64,000 nt of DNA from Minisyncoccota bacterium (GTDB taxonomy: Bacteria; Patescibacteriota; Minisyncoccia; Phycocordibacterales; Phycocordibacteraceae): assembly GCA_018062765.1 (NCBI GenBank), contig JAGORR010000001.1:506485-570484 (forward strand), in the 5' to 3' direction. Under the pieces are notes generated by a model, which did not search any database, was not told the DNA's origin, and worked only from the letters and a program-made list of their open reading frames with translations. Below are positions 55,134 to 64,000 of this stretch, in pieces. Each line of letters starts with the position of its first letter. Within the stretch, counting starts at the first letter, position 1. The translations under genes and the position numbers were made by a program.

Positions 55134-56534
55134 CTATGCGGTGCGCGGAGCGGGATCTGCGCCGGCGCCGTTTGTCGCGATTGCGACAGGCGGTGTTGCG
55201 GGCGCTTCTTCCTTCGCTTCCGACTCACCCACACCCATCGTGTTCAGCACTGCTGCACCCGTGGGCGTATTCTTGAGGCCCTCGAGCAAACTGCCGAGCG
55301 CAGTACCGCCCGCCGACGACAACAAGCTGCCGATCGACGTGAGGCCTGTGTCCATGGCGCCGGCGTTCGCGATCACCTTGATGTCGGCCGCCTTCAGCGC
55401 TTCCGCCTGGGCGACACCGACGACCTGGTTGGCCTTCACCAGCTCGACACGGACCAGATAGTCCTGGTACCCGTTGTTGTTGCCGATCTCCTTCGCGAGC
55501 GTCATCTGGGCAGTGACCGGAGCCATGAACTTGGCGGTGTCGGCGGCGCCGACTGCCTCGCCCTCGACCTTCACGCCTTCGGCGTGCAGCTTCGCGGCGT
55601 CCAAGTTGCCCTGAGCCGTGATGACCGTCGTCTGCTTGGTCTGGTCTGCTGCCACGACGGCGGAGTCTCGCGTGATCTCGGCCTGTTTTACTTGGCCGAC
55701 GCGAATGACCTCCATCTCCTTCTCGCGAGTGATCGCTTCTTGTGCGGTCACTGCCTGCTTTGCCTCTTGGTTGGCGATGCCGACGAGCTTGTCCTTCTCG
55801 GCGGTACGCGTGCCGACGAACTGCTCGGCCTCCTGAGTGCGAACATCGACCGCCTGCTTGGCTTCGATTTCCGCAGTCTGAGCTGCCTGGCCATTCTTCG
55901 CCACTTCAACACGGGATTCCATGTTGATGTGCGAGGACTTCTTCGCCATGATGTTGGCGATGACCTGGCTGCCATCCGCATCGCGGATGTCCATCAGCTC
56001 GATATTCTTCACGGGCTCTACGCCCCAGTTCTCGAGCTCCTTCTTCACCTCGTCGGTGAATTGTTGGCCGAAGGTAGCGCGGTCCACCATGATCTGGTGA
56101 ATGTCGTTCGACGCCAGAATCTTTCTGACGGCGCCCTGCACCACCGACATCAGCTGGTGATGCAGGCTCTTGAAGTCAGCGACCCGTTCCGCAGCCTGAT
56201 TGGTGTCCTTGATGCGGAAGAATGCGGTCACGTCGATCTCGAACGGCAGACGATCCTTGTCATACGACTTGTACTGCGTGAGATGCAGGTCGAAGTTCGA
56301 CACAGGAAAGTGCGTGCTGGTGACGCCGATAAGCGGCACCCAACGCGGCCAGCGGTAGTAGACGTTGCCGGCGCTTTGGGTCGCCCCGTACGAGACGGTC
56401 TTGCGACGGCGCTGGACGATGTGGACCATGTTCGTATCGACGACCGATCTGAACATGATCGAGAGCAGGAGCACGAGAGCAAGGACCGCGAGGCCGCCGA
56501 CCACGTACAGTGCCCAAACTGGAAGTTCTTCCAT
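55134..56534 (-). CDS. flotillin-like SPFH/band 7 protein
   Basis: N-terminal TM, SPFH domain and long Ala/Glu/Gln-rich flotillin repeat region; start at MEELPVW. Confidence 0.8.
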   Translation of the reverse strand: MEELPVWALYVVGGLAVLALVLLLSIMFRSVVDTNMVHIVQRRRKTVSYGATQSAGNVYYRWPRWVPLIGVTSTHFPVSNFDLHLTQYKSYDKDRLPFEIDVTAFFRIKDTNQAAERVADFKSLHHQLMSVVQGAVRKILASNDIHQIMVDRATFGQQFTDEVKKELENWGVEPVKNIELMDIRDADGSQVIANIMAKKSSHINMESRVEVAKNGQAAQTAEIEAKQAVDVRTQEAEQFVGTRTAEKDKLVGIANQEAKQAVTAQEAITREKEMEVIRVGQVKQAEITRDSAVVAADQTKQTTVITAQGNLDAAKLHAEGVKVEGEAVGAADTAKFMAPVTAQMTLAKEIGNNNGYQDYLVRVELVKANQVVGVAQAEALKAADIKVIANAGAMDTGLTSIGSLLSSAGGTALGSLLEGLKNTPTGAAVLNTMGVGESEAKEEAPATPPVAIATNGAGADPAPRTA

Positions 56535-56775
56535 AGGTAGTACCCTCGAGTGCAGTCCCGGAATGGGCGCTGCGCGGAGTCGCTCTTGGCGAACCGCGGT
56601 CAAGGCTCTCTAAAGCCCTTACTGCGATTCACCAAGACGCTCCCGAGGTGTTTCTGGATATGCGTCTTTCAAGCAAGCTGCTTCTGGATTTGATAATGGG
56701 ACTTATAAGAGATTTGTCAATAGGCTACAGGAAACGCCTCCCGAGCTAGGTCGGGAGGCGTTTCCGCGTCAGAGG

Positions 56776-57876
56776 CTAGTATCCGAACATCCAGGTGGTT
56801 CCCTTCACCGGGAGATTCGCACGTACCTTTCCGTTCGTCTCAACTCCTGTCACATCAATCATCAAGGAGCTGCCTGCGTAGACAGCAACTGAGGAGCCTA
56901 CCTGTGCCTTTATAGTGAAGAGTTTCGTTTCGCCAGGCAGCAAGGTGCCGTTTGCCGGCGCTGTTGCAACACCCTTCGAAAACGGACGCGTGCCGGTCGA
57001 TGCTGCGCGAGAGAGCCCCTTATCGTCTACCGTCGAGAGCTGGATAATTCCATCAGTAGACGCGCGACCGTTCTGCTTCAACATAAAGCCCGTGACGGTC
57101 GCTGGCTTGTTGCCGATGTTCGATACCTGAAGGTACGAGAGTGGGATAGAGGCATTCGCACGTGCGACACCACCCGAGAGAAGCGGCACAGCTGATACCA
57201 CAAGCGTCGTGTCGACCGATGCGGTCTTCTTGTCTCCAATCACGAGCGTGCTGTCTGCAAGATCGCGACTCCCTAGCTTCTTAGGTCCAATGAGGGTCAA
57301 ATCGTACGCACCTTCTGAAAGTTTTTTTGATACCTTTACGCGCCATTTTCCATTCTTCACCTTGGTCTCCTTAGTCGTGTACGTCTTCCCCTCCCCATCA
57401 GCTGGGGTAATGACTACACGCACAGCAGTAACACCCTCCGCAGTCCCGGAGAGGTACGGCTTCTTGTTTGCCTTAGACTCGTACAAATCCTCCGAGAAAC
57501 TCGCGTCAACGATATTCACGTCGACAGAGCAGGTAGCTTTTCGGCTACCTGAGCGGAACTCGTATGAGTAGGTCTCGGAAGTCGAGGCAGTGAATGTGGT
57601 AGAGCCGGTAAGTTCAATATCCTCTCCGCGAGGACCTTCCGCAGTCTTCGCATTCTTTCCCTCCCATGCGATGTCTACTTTCTCTCCAACGTCGACAAGC
57701 ATGACGCCCTCGTCCCGGATGGTAAGGCGGTCATCCTCCGAGGTGGTCACTCTAAGCTCGCATGAAGGACGCGTCGACGCGGCTCCTGCAGCAAACGGTG
57801 TAAAGAGGAGCATGCCACCGACTGTCGTTACAAGGGTGGTGCGCAGGAGTGTGAAAGTAGTCATGAATAGGTGCAT
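56776..57876 (-). CDS. secreted hypothetical protein (beta-rich)
   Basis: signal peptide (MHLFMTTFTLL...AAGAAS); T/S/V/K-rich beta-strand-like repeats. Confidence 0.5.
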   Translation of the reverse strand: MHLFMTTFTLLRTTLVTTVGGMLLFTPFAAGAASTRPSCELRVTTSEDDRLTIRDEGVMLVDVGEKVDIAWEGKNAKTAEGPRGEDIELTGSTTFTASTSETYSYEFRSGSRKATCSVDVNIVDASFSEDLYESKANKKPYLSGTAEGVTAVRVVITPADGEGKTYTTKETKVKNGKWRVKVSKKLSEGAYDLTLIGPKKLGSRDLADSTLVIGDKKTASVDTTLVVSAVPLLSGGVARANASIPLSYLQVSNIGNKPATVTGFMLKQNGRASTDGIIQLSTVDDKGLSRAASTGTRPFSKGVATAPANGTLLPGETKLFTIKAQVGSSVAVYAGSSLMIDVTGVETNGKVRANLPVKGTTWMFGY

Positions 57877-57981
57877 TACGCGTATAGAGCTGTAGACGGC
57901 AGAGCGTAGCATTTCTTGCATGAAGACAAGGACACCCGGCGTTTAAGGCGCCGGGTGTCCTTGTCTTCTGCATAATTGGTC

Positions 57982-58251
57982 CTAGATGCCCGAGACGTCG
58001 TTGCCGACGATATCATCTGAAGGGCTGGTGATGATGATTACGCCGCTTCTTGCGTGGATGCTGGGAGCTGTCGCAATCGCTGACTGCCAGTCGTTTGCGA
58101 CAACAGTACGAACCTCGCCCGAGGTGTTGACGTAGGCGTAGGTTGCTGCGGATGCGAAGACCGGGAGCGCAAGCGCCGCGGCGACGCCTACGAGTGCCGC
58201 GCTGCGCACGAGCGTACGCGTAAGACCGTTCTTAGAGGTGGAATGAGTCAT
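57982..58251 (-). CDS. small secreted hypothetical protein
   Basis: signal peptide ...PVFASAAT; 89 aa. Confidence 0.45.
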   Translation of the reverse strand: MTHSTSKNGLTRTLVRSAALVGVAAALALPVFASAATYAYVNTSGEVRTVVANDWQSAIATAPSIHARSGVIIITSPSDDIVGNDVSGI

Positions 58252-58401
58252 GGCTTTTTTGATTTCAGGAATAATGACAACGCTCAGGTGCGTGGAGGTA
58301 GGCGCGTTGTGCGCTACCGAAGTCGAGTATGCCTCTTCATGAATGAAGGTGGGGTTAAGCTGCGAGTCTGCAGCTTCCGCCTATTTTCATCGCAAACCTA
58401 C

Positions 58402-58429
58402 TTGCTGCGTGTAGACTAGGCACTATTAC
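58402..58429 (+). promoter_or_regulatory. sigma70-like promoter TTGCTG-16-TATTAC
   Basis: upstream of the 58446 gene. Confidence 0.35.
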
Positions 58430-58445
58430 CGATAGCGACATACGT

Positions 58446-58796
58446 ATGGCTCGATTCCTGGTTCTCTACACCGCCCCTGCCGCCACCCTAGATGAATGGA
58501 TGAAGACGCCGGAGGAGGAGCGCAAAGCACTCGAGGCAAAGATGAAAGCCAATTGGGATGCATGGATGGCTTCGCACGGCTCCATGATTAAGGAAACCGC
58601 GGGTGCAGGTTCGACAAAACGCGTAACCTCGGACGGTGTCGCAAACGTACGGAACGACATCATGCTCTACTCCTTCGCCGAAGCGGAATCCGCGGAGGTC
58701 GTTGCCGATGCATTCAAAGGCCACCCTCATTTTGGGATACCGGGCGCTGCAATTGACGTGATGCCCGCCAATCCGCTACCGGGTATAGGCGCGTAG
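58446..58796 (+). CDS. hypothetical protein (possible dimeric alpha/beta-barrel, YciI-like)
   Basis: MARFLVLY... N-terminus typical of YciI/Dabb-type proteins; 116 aa. Confidence 0.45.
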   Translation: MARFLVLYTAPAATLDEWMKTPEEERKALEAKMKANWDAWMASHGSMIKETAGAGSTKRVTSDGVANVRNDIMLYSFAEAESAEVVADAFKGHPHFGIPGAAIDVMPANPLPGIGA

Positions 58797-58824
58797 CGCT
58801 GCTTCGATGCTACAATACGCGCGC

Positions 58825-59745
58825 ATGAAGCGCGTTATCACTCTTTCAGTCCTCGTTGCGCTCGCATTCGTCACACCTTACGCCAGCGTCGAGGCCGCAA
58901 CCAAGAAATCGATTGTAACGGGCCCCATCGCGGACGCGACCGTGAACCTCTACTGTCGCATTAAGTCCGGCCGGAAAACCTACGCAACCTCCGGAAGCGG
59001 GGTCTTTATCGACGCGCGAGGCGTTATCCTCACGAACGCGCACGTCGCTAAAAACAACATTATTGCTGAGGAGGATGGGAAAGTAGAAGGGCGCTGCACA
59101 GTGCGCATGGGTACGCCGGCCAAAGATCGATACGAAGCAGAAATTCTTTACTTCCCTTCTACCTGGATTAGCGAGAATGCGTCAGAGCTTACGAAGCGCA
59201 TGCCAAAGGGTACCGGGGAGAACGACTTTGCGCTTCTATATGTCACAAAGGCAAAGAAGGGCTCACTTCCCTCAGCGTTTCCCTTCCTCGCTCCAGATGT
59301 CCTGGGAGGCGTCTCTGAGGGAGATGCCATCACGGTCGCGGGATATCCTACCGAGGGATTTAGCTTTGCGAAGCTAGAGAAGAAGCTTCCCTTGGTTGCC
59401 GCAAGCTCCACCATAACCGCTTCGCAATACTTTAGCGCAGCACGCCTACAGGACTCCGTGACCATCGCAGAGTCTAAGGCGGGAAGTCCTGGAATTTCCG
59501 GTGGCCCCGTCATAAACGCATCGAATGAGGTGATTGGTATCGCGGCCGTTAAGGGTGCAGCAAAAGATAATCACACGCTGCGCGCTATCACGCTCCCCTA
59601 CATTAACCGCATCATATTTAGTGAGACCGGGATTTCCTTGCCCGCACTCCTTTCAAGCGAATATGGAGCACTCGCATCGCTCAGCCGTGCCAAAATCAGT
59701 GAGTCGGCAGTGAAAACACTTGAGAACGGACTACTCGCAAATTGA
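58825..59745 (+). CDS. secreted trypsin-like serine protease (S1 family)
   Basis: signal peptide; catalytic His (ILTNAHV), Asp region, Ser (GSPGISGGPV). Confidence 0.7.
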   Translation: MKRVITLSVLVALAFVTPYASVEAATKKSIVTGPIADATVNLYCRIKSGRKTYATSGSGVFIDARGVILTNAHVAKNNIIAEEDGKVEGRCTVRMGTPAKDRYEAEILYFPSTWISENASELTKRMPKGTGENDFALLYVTKAKKGSLPSAFPFLAPDVLGGVSEGDAITVAGYPTEGFSFAKLEKKLPLVAASSTITASQYFSAARLQDSVTIAESKAGSPGISGGPVINASNEVIGIAAVKGAAKDNHTLRAITLPYINRIIFSETGISLPALLSSEYGALASLSRAKISESAVKTLENGLLAN

Positions 59746-59758
59746 ATTGCAACACTAT

Positions 59759-59786
59759 TTGATTTATATGTTTAGCGTGGTATAAA
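59759..59786 (+). promoter_or_regulatory. sigma70-like promoter TTGATT-16-TATAAA with TGG extended -10
   Basis: tggtataaact element shared with the 60137 promoter. Confidence 0.5.
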
Positions 59787-59826
59787 CTGCTTCATACGCA
59801 GTGTTTGTTCTTCACAGGAGGACGTA

Positions 59827-60075
59827 ATGAAAACCGCCGCAGACGCATACCACAATCGACTTGCGGAACTGGGGAGTTCAGACGAAGTAGTGACGCTCCA
59901 TCGCAAGGACGCTACGAACGTTTCCGGGAAGGTCACGTCAACTACCGCTGACGGGGTAACGATGAGCTTTTCGCATCCGACCAACGCGGAAGCGAGGACT
60001 GACGTGTTTGTTGCCTACGGAGACATCCGCGGCATCGAAACGACGGACTGGGATTACAACGTCATCAGCAACTGA
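59827..60075 (+). CDS. hypothetical small protein
   Basis: AGGAGG SD; 82 aa. Confidence 0.55.
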   Translation: MKTAADAYHNRLAELGSSDEVVTLHRKDATNVSGKVTSTTADGVTMSFSHPTNAEARTDVFVAYGDIRGIETTDWDYNVISN

Positions 60076-60113
60076 CACGAGCAAACGGGCGACCCCTTGG
60101 GTCGCCCGCACTA

Positions 60114-60142
60114 TTTGCACATATCCGCTTTATATGGTATAA
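60114..60142 (+). promoter_or_regulatory. sigma70-like promoter TTGCAC-17-TATAAA with TGG extended -10
   Basis: tatatggtataaact nearly identical to the 59781 promoter. Confidence 0.5.
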
Positions 60143-60187
60143 ACTACATCGTCCGAACGGGACGTGATCTTTTATTGGAGATTCAGC

Positions 60188-60814
60188 ATGGCATTCGACC
60201 GAGCCGCGGCATACACCGCCGATGTACTCGAATTCATCGCGGGGCGCGTGAGTGAAATCGAAGCGAGCGGCAACTTCGCGAATCCTGCGCAGGACGTCCC
60301 CGAGGGCATCAGTGTCATCGCTGTCGTCCTCACGGACCGCCACAAGGCGCTCAATACGCTCATCATCGAACTCGAGGATGAACATCGGGCAGCCCACATC
60401 GAGATGACCGCGGTCGCCAAGTCCGCCAAGAGCGAGCTCGAGACGATGCTGGCGTCCCAGGTCGACCAGGACCACGTGAAGAAGTTGGCCGACGACGTCC
60501 TCACCGTCGATCGCAAGCACGCCCGCATCAAGGAGATCGGCAAGATCTCGGCCCTCATGCTCATCGAGAGCATGAAGCGTGAGTTTCCGCTTCTCCTGAA
60601 GAGCAACCGCTTCGCCATCGCCAAGAATTGGCAGGTGTACGAGAAGCCGTCACGCACGTCCGTGCTGCTGCGCGAGCTGGTCAGCGCGTTCGGCGACATG
60701 CCGGGCTTTGCCGGCGCTGCCTACGTCGGCAAGGACGGACTCGAATTTGCAGGCTCCGATGACGAGCCGCGCCCCGGCTTCTTCAATCGCATTCGCCGGC
60801 GCATGGGCGGATAA
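60188..60814 (+). CDS. hypothetical protein
   Basis: 208 aa from MAFDRAAAY; GGAG SD. Confidence 0.55.
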   Translation: MAFDRAAAYTADVLEFIAGRVSEIEASGNFANPAQDVPEGISVIAVVLTDRHKALNTLIIELEDEHRAAHIEMTAVAKSAKSELETMLASQVDQDHVKKLADDVLTVDRKHARIKEIGKISALMLIESMKREFPLLLKSNRFAIAKNWQVYEKPSRTSVLLRELVSAFGDMPGFAGAAYVGKDGLEFAGSDDEPRPGFFNRIRRRMGG

Positions 60815-60820
60815 GCGCCA

Positions 60821-60865
60821 AAGCCCCATTCGCACACCACGTGCGAACGGGGCTTCTCTTTGTAT
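60821..60865 (+). terminator. rho-independent terminator
   Basis: gccccattcgcac-acca-gtgcgaacggggc then ttctctttgtat. Confidence 0.75.
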
Positions 60866-60887
60866 ACCAGCGACCCCGGGCAGCAGG

Positions 60888-60916
60888 TTGAAATAACGCC
60901 AATCATGTGGCATAAA
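60888..60916 (+). promoter_or_regulatory. sigma70-like promoter TTGAAA-17-CATAAA with TGG extended -10
   Basis: upstream of the 60954 gene. Confidence 0.45.
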
Positions 60917-60953
60917 TAGCCGGTCCATTCTGGACTGTTCTTTGGAGGAATAC

Positions 60954-61442
60954 ATGGCGCGTGCCACCAGCGTTCTTGCCCTGATTACGAGCCGGCTCGC
61001 GGCTCTCGATCCGGCAAACTTCGTCGAACCGGACTATGTTCCGGACGAAAGCGACCACAAGGTCGAAGGGGTGTTCCCCGACGATCTGAAGCGGCTCTTC
61101 ACGCTCCGCGAGCATCTACGCGAAGAGTACAACGCACTCGTCCAGAAGGCGCAGGCATTCGCCAAGTCGGATGCGCCTGACGCGACAGAGAAGGAAGCGC
61201 TTCTCGGCTCGCTTGAACGCGGCAAGAAGCTCTATGAGCTCGTCACTGCAATGTTCTGGGAAGATGTGAATCGTACCTTCCCAGAAGTCGCGCCGAAGAA
61301 TGCAATCGCCATCGGCGTCGGCTGGACCGTTCACTGGAGCGACCCGAAGCCGACAAGCGATCTTGGCTCTCTCTTGAGCCGGCTCGTCGGGGGCGCAGTC
61401 GAAGTTGTCGTCGTCGGCCCCGGCAAGCGCCCGTTTGGCTAA
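60954..61442 (+). CDS. hypothetical protein
   Basis: 162 aa from MARATSVL; GGAGG SD. Confidence 0.55.
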   Translation: MARATSVLALITSRLAALDPANFVEPDYVPDESDHKVEGVFPDDLKRLFTLREHLREEYNALVQKAQAFAKSDAPDATEKEALLGSLERGKKLYELVTAMFWEDVNRTFPEVAPKNAIAIGVGWTVHWSDPKPTSDLGSLLSRLVGGAVEVVVVGPGKRPFG

Positions 61443-61449
61443 CGTATCT

Positions 61450-61482
61450 AGGCCCGCCGCTTGCGGTGGGCCTTCTGTTTAT
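61450..61482 (+). terminator. rho-independent terminator
   Basis: ggcccgccgc-tt-gcggtgggcc then ttctgtttat. Confidence 0.75.
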
Positions 61483-61494
61483 ACTCGGTGCTGT

Positions 61495-61523
61495 TTGACA
61501 TCCGGCCCTGAGGGCCGTAAAAC
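61495..61523 (+). promoter_or_regulatory. sigma70-like promoter TTGACA-17-TAAAAC
   Basis: upstream of the 61560 gene. Confidence 0.5.
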
Positions 61524-61559
61524 CGGATAAGACTCCAAGGACCAGCGGAAGGATATCGG

Positions 61560-61817
61560 ATGCTCGCTATCGAATTCTCTACCTTCGATACGGATGAAGC
61601 GATCGAGTACCTCAATAAAATCAAGCGGCGCATGAAGGGCAAGAAAGTCTCGCCCGAATACCGCGAACAAATTGAAGCGTGCCTTGCGGGCGTCAAGAAC
61701 GCCGAGGGATTCATCACCCGCTTCCGACTTGTCGACATTGGGATGATGCGCGAAGTCGAACGCCTCGCCACAGTCGAGGATGAACGCGAAGCTCGTAGTA
61801 AACCGACCGTGCACTAA
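61560..61817 (+). CDS. hypothetical small protein
   Basis: 85 aa; GGAAGGA SD. Confidence 0.55.
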   Translation: MLAIEFSTFDTDEAIEYLNKIKRRMKGKKVSPEYREQIEACLAGVKNAEGFITRFRLVDIGMMREVERLATVEDEREARSKPTVH

Positions 61818-61820
61818 CCC

Positions 61821-61858
61821 AGGCCGCCCGACTTTGCTCGGGCGGCACTTCATATACT
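61821..61858 (+). terminator. terminator hairpin
   Basis: gccgcccga-ctttgc-tcgggcggc. Confidence 0.65.
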
Positions 61859-61927
61859 GCACGTAGTAATTGACAAATACTATTTTTTAGGTATGTTATA
61901 TTTAAACGTCCTTTACAGGAGGCATGA

Positions 61928-62560
61928 GTGCGAACAGAAGAGATTCGGAACTGGCTTGAGAGTCTGACACGCTCCTACGGGAACCCCCGGCGAAGCGTGG
62001 AAGAGGCTCCGCTCCGGGCGCTCTATGACGCAAAGGACTGGCCTGGGCTCGTCTCGCGCATTAAGACAACGCTACTGCTGGGTCCGCTTCGCGTGAAGCT
62101 ACGCCTCGTCGCAGAGTCTAAGGAGACGGCGCCGATGTGGATCAATGGACTTTCGGACATGCCGATGTTCGGCACGAAGGAGTTCAACGGCCACACCGTC
62201 ACGCTGAGCGCGAAGAGCGCGTTCCTCAGGGAGCGAAGCTTCGAGACCATCGTGCTCGGCTTCGCGCACGAACTCTGTCACGCAGTCGCTGACGCCGTAA
62301 GACAGGAGTACTTCAACATCGAGGAGACCATCGACCTCACGGCGATGTTCCTCGGCTTCTCGAACTTCTACCTCAAAGGCGCGAAGGTCAGGGTATTCAG
62401 GACCGCGCCCGGATACGAAGAAAGCCTTGCGGTACTCAAGGACCTCAGCCCACGTGCTCACGCAGCGATGCTTAAGGAGCTCGAAGTCAGCGCAGACCAG
62501 CTAGTCGGATACCTCAGTATCGAGGAAATCCGCTACGCACGCGCACTCATGCGTTGCTAG
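61928..62560 (+). CDS. hypothetical protein with HExxH motif (putative ImmA/IrrE-like metallopeptidase)
   Basis: GTG start after an AGGAGG SD; HELCH motif in FAHELCHAVAD; TTGACA -35 at 61870. Confidence 0.5.
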   Translation: MRTEEIRNWLESLTRSYGNPRRSVEEAPLRALYDAKDWPGLVSRIKTTLLLGPLRVKLRLVAESKETAPMWINGLSDMPMFGTKEFNGHTVTLSAKSAFLRERSFETIVLGFAHELCHAVADAVRQEYFNIEETIDLTAMFLGFSNFYLKGAKVRVFRTAPGYEESLAVLKDLSPRAHAAMLKELEVSADQLVGYLSIEEIRYARALMRC

Positions 62561-62570
62561 TCATTACGCC

Positions 62571-62606
62571 ATACGGCGCGGAATATTCCGCGCCGTATTT
62601 GTTTTA
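62571..62606. terminator. bidirectional terminator
   Basis: tacggcgcgg-aatatt-ccgcgccgta then tttgtttt. Confidence 0.8.
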
Positions 62607-63380
62607 TGACTGCTCCTCGCTTCCCTTCTCGAACGATTCGTACAAGCGCCTGGCGAGCTCCGTTCCATCTCTTCGTGCTTCGTTAATCTGCTCCTGGGTT
62701 ATCGGGCCCTCTCGCGCGTCCCACGGCGTCCATGCGAATTCCTGTCCCACGGAAGGCATTGCGAGCGTGCTACCTGTCTTCTTGGCTACCCCGCTCACGC
62801 GACGATTTGAAAACACGCTTGTCGGCATCTCTTCCATTCCGAAATACACTGATCCGCCGAAACGTTCCTCAAGCTCATCAACTGACGACGCGTTACCATC
62901 GTGTCTGCGCAAATGTCCGATAGCTGCGATATCAAACGAAACGTTTTTATCTTTCAAAATGGGTGTCACGTTCGCGAGCGTAGCGCCGCTCGCGATAATG
63001 TCGGTTATAAAGAGGGCGCGTGCGCTCTTGTCGCCCGCGAGCGCGTCAAGGTGAGGCGAGAAGCGCTGTGCTATCTCTGTGCGCTCGGTATCAGGTTGTG
63101 CGCCCCGGTTGCCGGCGAAATAAAGAGTGAGCGGGTGCGGGAAGCCTCGCTTGTCATACGCGGATTTAATAACGCGCGACAGGATGTGGGTCGGTATACG
63201 GCCCGACGCATCATCGCCGATAAGCACTCGGTATTCCCCGCGTTCGATATGCGGCCGGATACTCTCCAAGATACGCTCCATCGGCTCCTGAAGCTCCTCG
63301 AACCGGTTTCCCTCCGGCTCCGGTGGTGCAAGCTCATCCTTGGATTCGCCTTTTAGATAATTCGTCAGTCGTTCGTTCAT
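62604..63380 (-). CDS. phosphoribosyltransferase-domain protein (type I PRTase fold)
   Basis: PRPP-binding motif ALFITDIIASGATL. Confidence 0.55.
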   Translation of the reverse strand: MNERLTNYLKGESKDELAPPEPEGNRFEELQEPMERILESIRPHIERGEYRVLIGDDASGRIPTHILSRVIKSAYDKRGFPHPLTLYFAGNRGAQPDTERTEIAQRFSPHLDALAGDKSARALFITDIIASGATLANVTPILKDKNVSFDIAAIGHLRRHDGNASSVDELEERFGGSVYFGMEEMPTSVFSNRRVSGVAKKTGSTLAMPSVGQEFAWTPWDAREGPITQEQINEARRDGTELARRLYESFEKGSEEQS

Positions 63381-63472
63381 GCGGGCCAGTATAGCAACCG
63401 GAAATCCCTGTCGCTGCCGTATAGAGCGAAAGACCGCCCCGGTTCAGACTCATGAACTCCGGGGTAGCAGGG

Positions 63473-63508
63473 TAAAAAGACACCGGCCGAGTGGCCGGTG
63501 TCTTTTGG
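63473..63508. terminator. bidirectional terminator
   Basis: aaaagacaccggcc-gagt-ggccggtgtctttt. Confidence 0.8.
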
Positions 63509-63705
63509 CTTATGCAGCCTCTCCTTCTGCTGGCTCAGCGGCTGGAGCGACTTCCCCCTCGGGGACGACGACATCTCCTTCAGCTGGAACCGGATTCTCG
63601 TCTTGCATGACGATGTAGTTAGCTTGCAAACGCACCTCGAGGGTATGGTAGCACGGGTCAGTAAGAAGCGCGCAAGCCCCTCGTCTATGGTATCGTAGCC
63701 CCACC

Positions 63706-64000
63706 ATGGATACTAAGAAACGCGTCATCGTGCTTGCGGTACTCGCCCTACTCGCTATAGGGGGTCTTACGTACGTAAACAGAGGGGTCGTCTTCTCTCC
63801 TCGCACTGACGCCCCCGTGGCTACCGCACCCGATAGCCGAGAGCTCGTCGGAGGTGTGCCGGAAGGTGGCCGTGATATCGATGAGTACGCAATTGTCACC
63901 GACGATTTCATCTACTTCCGCTCCATCACGAGCTCGTCTACCCTTAAGATTCCAAACGGCGACCCCGCTACATTCGAACGCCTGACTGGCTTTATGGAAT
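63706..64000 (+). CDS. hypothetical membrane-anchored protein (partial, continues past window end)
   Basis: ATG at 63706 then one TM helix (RVIVLAVLALLAIGGL); open to the end of the window; not in the ORF table because it has no stop. Confidence 0.4.
   Translation, partial: MDTKKRVIVLAVLALLAIGGLTYVNRGVVFSPRTDAPVATAPDSRELVGGVPEGGRDIDEYAIVTDDFIYFRSITSSSTLKIPNGDPATFERLTGFME

Noticed and set aside
55584-56540. 318-aa plus-strand ORF
   Set aside because: It is antisense to the flotillin gene.
63510-63911. 133-aa minus-strand table ORF
   Set aside because: It overlaps the plus-strand partial gene starting at 63706 and a bidirectional terminator. It has no SD.
1-64000. CRISPR arrays, IS elements, integrases, rRNA
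   Set aside because: No regularly spaced direct repeats, no transposase or integrase-like ORFs and no rRNA-like segments were seen anywhere in the window.

Overview
This is a GC-rich bacterial chromosomal segment (by eye, not computed), densely packed with housekeeping genes on both strands. It carries replication/recombination genes (rmuC, recR, dnaB, holB, a PriA-like gene) and translation genes (rplU, rplI, rpmA, frr, hpf, def-fmt, cysS, gltX, proS, a class-I-type LysRS and one tRNA-Asn). It also carries cell-envelope and division genes (mraZ-rsmH-ftsL-ftsI-murF, murG, murA, mreBCD-mrdA plus a second mreB, rseP, ctpA, M23 peptidase, flotillin) and a four-gene type IV pilin/pseudopilin cluster. 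The gene content (class I LysRS, short ProRS, PriA without Walker motifs, L21 and L27 not adjacent, many pilins) suggests a streamlined, possibly CPR/Patescibacteria-like organism, but that is inference only.

The features that housekeeping does not explain are:
(1) A visibly AT-richer insertion at about 13.9-15.2 kb. It holds two coupled small genes, followed by a roughly 550-nt ORF-free, hairpin-rich region that ends in a very strong intrinsic terminator. This is a candidate large ncRNA or foreign module.
(2) Two about 100-nt paralogous structured RNA leaders at about 28.85 kb and 29.60 kb. Each sits upstream of one of two distantly paralogous hypothetical genes. The leaders show anti-terminator/terminator alternative pairing and compensatory base changes between the copies, which makes them an orphan riboswitch/attenuator candidate.
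(3) An array of five monocistronic orphan genes at 59.7-62.6 kb. Each has its own sigma70-like promoter (TGGTATAAA-type extended -10 clearest in the first three) and its own terminator. One encodes an HExxH protein.
(4) A 55-aa CxxC...CxxC zinc-ribbon ORF translationally coupled (GTGA) to recR.
(5) A 440-aa PP-loop-like protein with a CxxCxxC motif next to a self-contained tRNA-Asn transcription unit.

Intrinsic terminators of a recurring CCCGACC-GAAA-GGTCGGG style are frequent. No rRNA, CRISPR array, transposase or integrase was recognised.
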